64,000 nt of DNA from assembly GCA_963841015.1 (NCBI GenBank), contig CAWJAX010000005.1, positions 1-64,000 on the forward strand. Direction: 5' to 3'. How positions within the stretch are numbered: position 1 is the stretch's first letter; each line of letters begins with the position of its first letter. The stretch comes from an uncultured Methanoregulaceae archaeon. GTDB lineage: Archaea > Halobacteriota > Methanomicrobia > Methanomicrobiales > Methanospirillaceae. The position numbers and the translations under genes were made by a program. This document shows, piece by piece, positions 58,347-64,000 of the stretch. The notes under the pieces are model-generated. The model ran no database searches. It saw only the letters and a program-made list of their open reading frames with translations, and was not told the origin of the DNA.

Positions 58347-58913
58347 TCAGGAGAGCGAATTTATTTTTTTGCTCTTTGGTATGCTCATGCCCTCGATTGC
58401 ATCAAATGCTTCCGGGTATTTCACTATGCCCTGAATGCCATCCAGTGCGCCGGGGTCCAGGGCAAGTACCATAAATACATCGTCGGCAACAGCGAATGGC
58501 GCTACAATACCATTTGCCCGTGCTGAGCGAAATCCATACCGGGGATAATATCCCGGGTGGCCGATGACAATAACAATACGATGCCCAAGAGTCCGGCATA
58601 CGTTAAGTCCCTCTTCAATGAGCGCGGCGCCAACACCACGGCATTGGTAATCCGGGTGCACCACAAGCGGGGCAAGAGCAATCGCCGGGGTGATTCCCCG
58701 GGGAGATTCGATGGTGACGGGGGGAAACATGATATGCCCGATGATCCTTTCCCCATCAACTGCGACCAGCGAAAGTTCGGGATTGAAAACCCTGGCATCC
58801 CGCAGGGCATCTACCAGACGTGCTTCGTCATAATGAGCAAACGCCTGGTAGTTTACCTCAAAAATTGCAGGAATATCCGCAGGAATTTCCTGCCGGATAA
58901 AAAAGGAATCCAT
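58347..58913 (-). CDS. GNAT N-acetyltransferase (YhbS-like)
   Basis: LAPLVVHPDYQCRGVG and GHPGYYPRYGF. Confidence 0.88.
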   Translation of the reverse strand: MDSFFIRQEIPADIPAIFEVNYQAFAHYDEARLVDALRDARVFNPELSLVAVDGERIIGHIMFPPVTIESPRGITPAIALAPLVVHPDYQCRGVGAALIEEGLNVCRTLGHRIVIVIGHPGYYPRYGFRSARANGIVAPFAVADDVFMVLALDPGALDGIQGIVKYPEAFDAIEGMSIPKSKKINSLS

Positions 58914-59062
58914 CCTGTCCTATTAGGTGGCTGGGCAGATAAGGGAGAGGTTCGTGGACTACCTGATTCAACATGTAAAAAACATTCCTTAAATCATTGA
59001 CAGCGGGTTGATTCCGGTTTATCAAAGGGTGTAAATGTGAGTACTGCAAACCTCCTTTTAGA

Positions 59063-59962
59063 ATGAACCAGACCATCAGGGCATATATCGATCTTACCCG
59101 GCTCCAGTTTTTCTTTGCTTGGCCACTTCTCTTCTGTTCGGGATACCTGCTTGCGACCACCGTCTACGGAAATTTCGCATGGTTCGATCTCGCACGGGTT
59201 TCTTTGATTGGATTCTTCGGCTTTGAAGCCGGGCTTGTCCTGAATGATTATATCGATCGAAATTACGACAAAAAGGACATCGAATCGGATAAGCTCACGA
59301 AATACTGGCGGATATTTAAAACCCGGCCGATCGCCGCAGGGCTGATTTCCCCCAACCAGGCATTAGGACTTTTCATCGGTTTAGCCGCCATCACTACCGT
59401 TCTTATCGTAACACTCCCGTATCCGCACTCACTGATAGTCCTTCTCATCATGATCTACAGTTATACCATAGAAATATTCTACCAGATCGAGAAACGGCAG
59501 CCCCAGCAATTCCCCTTTGCCCAGCTTATCGGCAGAACGGATTTCGCCCTGTTTCCGGTTGCCGGGTATCTCTGTATCGGGAACCCTGACCTGAATGCAT
59601 TCCTGTACTTTGTTTTTTTCTACCCGTTTGCTCTGGCACACCTTGGGGCTAATGACCTGATCGATGTGGCAAATGACCGTGCAAGAGGAATGAGTACCAT
59701 CCCGATACTCTATGATATTCCCAGGACAACCTACTGGATTGCGGGATTTACGATTATCCATGCGATGATGGCGTTCCTTTTCATGACACGGCTTGGATGG
59801 ATCGGCCGTGCGGGTCTTTTAATCGGGCTGATACTCCTCATGGCTGCAAATATCGTGATCCTGAAGAAAAAGACACCGGAAGCCGGTCTGAAAGTGCTTC
59901 CACTTTTCCATGTAACGATGCTCGTTTACGCAGGATCGATTGGGCTGGATTCGGTACTGTAA
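59063..59962 (+). CDS. UbiA-family prenyltransferase
   Basis: Asp-rich NDYIDRNYD, RPI and NDLIDVAND; many TM helices. Confidence 0.85.
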   Translation: MNQTIRAYIDLTRLQFFFAWPLLFCSGYLLATTVYGNFAWFDLARVSLIGFFGFEAGLVLNDYIDRNYDKKDIESDKLTKYWRIFKTRPIAAGLISPNQALGLFIGLAAITTVLIVTLPYPHSLIVLLIMIYSYTIEIFYQIEKRQPQQFPFAQLIGRTDFALFPVAGYLCIGNPDLNAFLYFVFFYPFALAHLGANDLIDVANDRARGMSTIPILYDIPRTTYWIAGFTIIHAMMAFLFMTRLGWIGRAGLLIGLILLMAANIVILKKKTPEAGLKVLPLFHVTMLVYAGSIGLDSVL

Positions 59963-60018
59963 CTGGCGGGAACTTTCTTTCTTTTTTTTGGGGGGGATTG
60001 ATAAGGAAAACTGCACCA

Positions 60019-60690
60019 TCAGATTTTCAGCAACCACTCATGGTCTTTCAACCAGTGCCTGCGCTGCTCGAAATCCGGCATTATTTTTCTTATCTTATCC
60101 CAGAATTTTTTCGAATGGTCAGGCTGGTCGATATGGACAAGTTCATGCACCACCACGTAATCAACAATTTCGGGAGGAGCCTGGATCAGACGCCAGCTGA
60201 AATTAAGTCCCCGCTTGTGGGTACATGACCCCCATCGCTTCCGTGCATCGGTAATACGGATCGTGGCCGGAACATGACCCGTTTTTAAGGAGAACCACAT
60301 GCATCGGGCCTGGATTTCCTTACGGGCTTCCTCTCTGTACCAGTGTTTGAGCTGGTTCCTGATATCCGGTACGAGCCTACTGGACACATACAGGCTGTCG
60401 CTGCGTTCAATTGTCACACTTCCGTTTTTAACAATGTGCAGCGGGTATGAACGCCCGAGAAAGAGGAACATCTCCCCCTCGGCATACTCATGCACAGGTG
60501 AGAGCGGACGCCGCTTCACCTCATCCATTTTCCGCAGGATCCATGATCTCTTCTGCCGGATTATCTCCCCTATGTCCGAAGAGGATGCACGGAAGGGTGC
60601 CCTGACAACAAGGGTCGCGCCAGAGGTAATTTCGAGTGCAATGGTCCTGCGACGAGAGCGTACAATTTTCTCTACAGGGATTTCTTCCAT
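60019..60690 (-). CDS. YgjP-like (M48/SprT-type) zinc metallohydrolase
   Basis: RWGSC and DYVVVHELVH...HS..FW. Confidence 0.88.
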   Translation of the reverse strand: MEEIPVEKIVRSRRRTIALEITSGATLVVRAPFRASSSDIGEIIRQKRSWILRKMDEVKRRPLSPVHEYAEGEMFLFLGRSYPLHIVKNGSVTIERSDSLYVSSRLVPDIRNQLKHWYREEARKEIQARCMWFSLKTGHVPATIRITDARKRWGSCTHKRGLNFSWRLIQAPPEIVDYVVVHELVHIDQPDHSKKFWDKIRKIMPDFEQRRHWLKDHEWLLKI

Positions 60691-60771
60691 GACTACAGAC
60701 TACCTGCCATAGATTACCTGCACAGTGTTTGTTGTGCGACAAAAAAAGGGTCGGGATACTGCATCGGTACT

Positions 60772-61467
60772 TCAGGAGGTGGTTTTCCCGTTAATCCCGT
60801 CACTGACAATCTTACCATCTCTCAACCTGATAATGCGGTGGAAATAATCCTTGTGCCAGTCCTCGTGAGACACCATCACAATGGTCTGGCGCATTGACTC
60901 ATTGATTTCCTTAAAAAGTTCAAGCACTATCTGCGAATTTTCCGTATCAAGGTTGGCGCATGGCTCATCTGCAAAGAGAATATCCGGTTTATTTACCATC
61001 GCACGGGCAAGCGAAACCCTCTGCTGCTGGCCGCCGGAGAGTTCCCGGGGAAGGTGGTCCCGCCGTTCACCTAGTCCGATTTTCTGCAATATCTCAAAGC
61101 TGTCCTTCTTTAACTGCTCCTCAGTGCGGTCTTTTCTGAGCATTGCGGTAAGGGAGACGTTCTCCATCACTGTCAGGTCGGGAACAAGTGCGTAATCCTG
61201 GAAGACATACCCGAGCTTGTAGAGCCGGAACATGGTTTTCTCGTAATCGGTGAGTTTTAAGATATCCAGCCCGTCAATCACAATTTTACCTGAAGTGGGA
61301 AGATCCAGGAGTCCCAGCATATGCAGGAGTGTAGTCTTACCACTTCCGCTCGGTCCCATGATACCAAGAAACTCTCCTTTTTCAATGGTGAGCGAGACCC
61401 CGTCAAGGGCTTTCACTTCGACATTTCCCATATGGTAGGTTTTCCGCAATTCTGAAATCTCGATCAT
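60772..61467 (-). CDS. ABC transporter ATP-binding protein (LolD/MacB type)
   Basis: GPSGSGKT, LSGGQQQRV and FADEP. Confidence 0.92.
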   Translation of the reverse strand: MIEISELRKTYHMGNVEVKALDGVSLTIEKGEFLGIMGPSGSGKTTLLHMLGLLDLPTSGKIVIDGLDILKLTDYEKTMFRLYKLGYVFQDYALVPDLTVMENVSLTAMLRKDRTEEQLKKDSFEILQKIGLGERRDHLPRELSGGQQQRVSLARAMVNKPDILFADEPCANLDTENSQIVLELFKEINESMRQTIVMVSHEDWHKDYFHRIIRLRDGKIVSDGINGKTTS

Positions 61468-61468
61468 A

Positions 61469-62689
61469 TCAGGACCTCATGGCAGCCTGGATATCCTCAC
61501 GGGAGACCTGGTAAGCAGGAACATACCCGGCCACGACCGCTGCACAGAACAGGATCACGGAATTGAACAAAAGATCCCAAGGCGTGATATACAGGGTGGC
61601 AGACCATTCCGGTGTAACAATGGGATGAACTGACATGTATGCTGCGAGCAGGAGCGTGATGATAATTCCGAGAATAATACCAAGGATCCCGAGAATGATA
61701 ACCTGGAAGCCGTAGTTATGCATAATAACCTCCTTATCCACACCGATAGCCTTGAGAATTCCAATCTGCTTGCGGCTGTTGAGGGTCTTGATTGTGATAA
61801 CGATGAACAACACGACCGTTGTAATGATGATGCTGACAAACAGGGACACCGCGTTAATAATGGCAAAACTCTGGAGCACCTTGCCTACGCTCTTACTCAG
61901 CAGGTCAGTCATGGACTGGACTTGTCCGTTTCCTCCCACCCCATAAGCGAGGAGCTCGTTCTTGATGAACTGCTCGGTGTACCCGGGTTTTGCTTTCACA
62001 GTGATGTAATCTGCTTTGTCAAGCGTCTTTCCTTCAACCTCTTCCATATCCGTCCAGGTCACAAACGCTGCGTTATCAACCGGACTCCAACCGGTGGCAT
62101 AGATCCCCTTGACCCGGTAATCTTTCGTATACCCGTTGCCGTACTCAACGGTGATCGAGTCTCCGACACGGACACCCCCCAGCGATGGCTGGAATTCGTC
62201 TTCCTGGCGGACGGTGGCATCACCGGCTATCGGTTTCCCGATAATTATCTCCCCGGTATCCCCTTCTCCCAGATAACTGCCGGCAACCATTTTCGTATAG
62301 ACCGGGGATACTTCCTTCTCATCCGTGGGCGAGATGGCTCGCACGGAAACGCCGAGGACCCGCTGCCTATACTTGAAGGTCCCTCCCTTCGAATAATGGG
62401 GGGATGCCCGCTGTACGCCCGGCATACCATTGATCAGATCGAGCGTGGATCCAAGGTCGGTAATATACTGGTCGCCCGGTTTGGGGCTGACAAGGATATT
62501 TGAGAACTCATAATCCACCAGCTGTGTTGTAATGCTCTGGCCAATCCCACTGAACATGGAGGGGAGGAAGAGCATATTGGTAAAGCACAATCCGATAATC
62601 AGGATTGTCAGGATCGCGCTTGAGCGGCTTCCCCGCTGAAGCGAACGCAGCGCCAGCAGGAATGCCACTTTTAGTTCTTTTTGTCCCAT
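61469..62689 (-). CDS. ABC transporter permease (FtsX/MacB type)
   Basis: Starts MGQKELKVAFLLALRSL; large extracellular loop, IGILKAIG and C-terminal TM helices. Confidence 0.85.
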   Translation of the reverse strand: MGQKELKVAFLLALRSLQRGSRSSAILTILIIGLCFTNMLFLPSMFSGIGQSITTQLVDYEFSNILVSPKPGDQYITDLGSTLDLINGMPGVQRASPHYSKGGTFKYRQRVLGVSVRAISPTDEKEVSPVYTKMVAGSYLGEGDTGEIIIGKPIAGDATVRQEDEFQPSLGGVRVGDSITVEYGNGYTKDYRVKGIYATGWSPVDNAAFVTWTDMEEVEGKTLDKADYITVKAKPGYTEQFIKNELLAYGVGGNGQVQSMTDLLSKSVGKVLQSFAIINAVSLFVSIIITTVVLFIVITIKTLNSRKQIGILKAIGVDKEVIMHNYGFQVIILGILGIILGIIITLLLAAYMSVHPIVTPEWSATLYITPWDLLFNSVILFCAAVVAGYVPAYQVSREDIQAAMRS

Positions 62690-63946
62690 GGGAGTTTTCC
62701 GTTCCCGTTCCTTTTTGGTAAGTACCAGTACCCGGTATGCCACGAACCCCAGGATACCAAGGATGATGAGACCGATAATTATTGTACCTGACTGGTCTGC
62801 TGCTGGCACCCTCAGGTTCATCTGCCGTATCTGGGTATGGACTCCCATATCATCGGTATACGAGAGGGTAAGGTTATAAGGGTAGTTGCCGGCTTTGATT
62901 CCTTCAAGAAGGAATACGGCTGGTGCATCATTACCGGGCTTGATCTTTCCGATAAAAGCTTCTTTTGTGCCTTCTGCAGGGAGATCAATCTTCGCCGAGA
63001 CCTGTTTTGCCTCCCCGGTTCCGGTGTTTTCAATGCGAATAGTGAGATCAAATGGTGTGTTTTCTGAAAGTCGCGGGGGGTTTGTATCCACAGAAACAAA
63101 CCCTAATTCGGCCTTGCCTTTCATCATCAAATCGATCCCGCTCATCTGGGTGCGGTGGGCTCCATCAATTGCATTGTAACTGATAGTGACCGGAATCCTG
63201 ACAAGACCGGCTGTTGTTTTTTTATCTGACAGCAAGGTGAGTTCGACGGTCTTCATTCCACCAGCCGTGATAGCCCCGAGATGATATGCATCAGCACTCT
63301 TTGGAGCCACTGTTGCACTAACATTCTCGATTCTGATAATCACATCGTCGGCAAGCGTCTGCCCGGCGTTATTTATGGTAAGTGTCACCGGGATCTCATC
63401 GCCGGGGTTCACATTGCCACTCAGCGAGCTTGCCATGATAAGTATTGCCTGCCTCTCTATTCCCACGGCTGTGTTAACATTTACGGGGACAGGGTATCTG
63501 GTACTCCTTCCGCCGGTTGTATCAATCCATACTTCAGGAAAATACATCCCGCTTTTTGAAGGTGCCTGTATAGAAAACGTCAACGGTATGGATTGGCCGG
63601 GCCCTATCTCACCCACATGCTGAAAATCCCTGCTCTGGACAATGATCCCATTACCCTCGAGCTTGACATTTTCAATATTGACATTGATATCCGTAACTTT
63701 CGTGGTCGCTGCATCTGTCATTACCAGCCCTGTATTCTCTTTGAGGGTGGCACTTGTTGCCGTATTTTTCACGATAATGGTGATAGTCCCGAGACTGTCC
63801 GGCATCAGAACCGAGGGGGCTACCTTATATTCGGTAATTGCAACGGTTGGTGCATCTGCTGCTGACACAGGCAATGCACATGCTCCCAGAATGAGAACCG
63901 CTATGAGCACGCCTGATTGAAGAGATGTCTGGAACAGTGCCGGCAT
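62671..63946 (-). CDS. COG1361 S-layer-like/Ig-repeat surface protein (one indel near 62733 fuses it to the permease in the ORF track)
   Basis: Signal peptide, repeated I.N.G...A / IG.I.PG units and a C-terminal TM helix; removing one G gives YRYWYLPKRNGNGKLPWDKKN-stop at 62671. Confidence 0.75.
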
Positions 63947-64000
63947 CTTCGGTATTTTCCTGTTTTTTGAAATTGATGACATGAGTATTGTCATAGAGTA

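Noticed and set aside
61469-63994. 841-aa S-layer-domain/ABC-permease fusion in the ORF track
   Set aside because: Deleting one G near 62733 restores a natural C-terminus and stop overlapping the permease ATG, so it is probably an indel artefact

Overview
Chromosomal window from a methanogenic archaeon of the order Methanomicrobiales (Methanoregula-like, judged from the 16S/23S sequence and gene content). The first 11 kb is a dense tungstate/molybdate island. It encodes a TupA-WtpA tandem-fused binding lipoprotein, a single-subunit homologue of the Azotobacter molybdenum storage protein (MoSto), a small basic protein, a GntR-like winged-helix protein, a second TupA, a MOT1-family transporter and TupB plus a TOBE-bearing ATPase. 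A repeated near-palindromic TGGTATATCA box lies in front of three of its transcription units. The rest is mostly housekeeping: lig, nreA, msrA, tRNA-Val, serA, ppsA-mfnA-hpt-dph2, a minus-strand rRNA operon (16S-23S-tRNA-Cys-5S), smc-scpA, glyA-folD-folP-cofE, cofC, cofG, purC and an ABC exporter. The rRNA spacer holds a D-armless tRNA-like element where tRNA-Ala normally sits. About a dozen single-base indels break conserved genes (ppsA, mfnA, smc, glyA, folP and others); these are most likely sequencing or assembly errors. All family assignments come from motifs recognised by eye, with no database searches.
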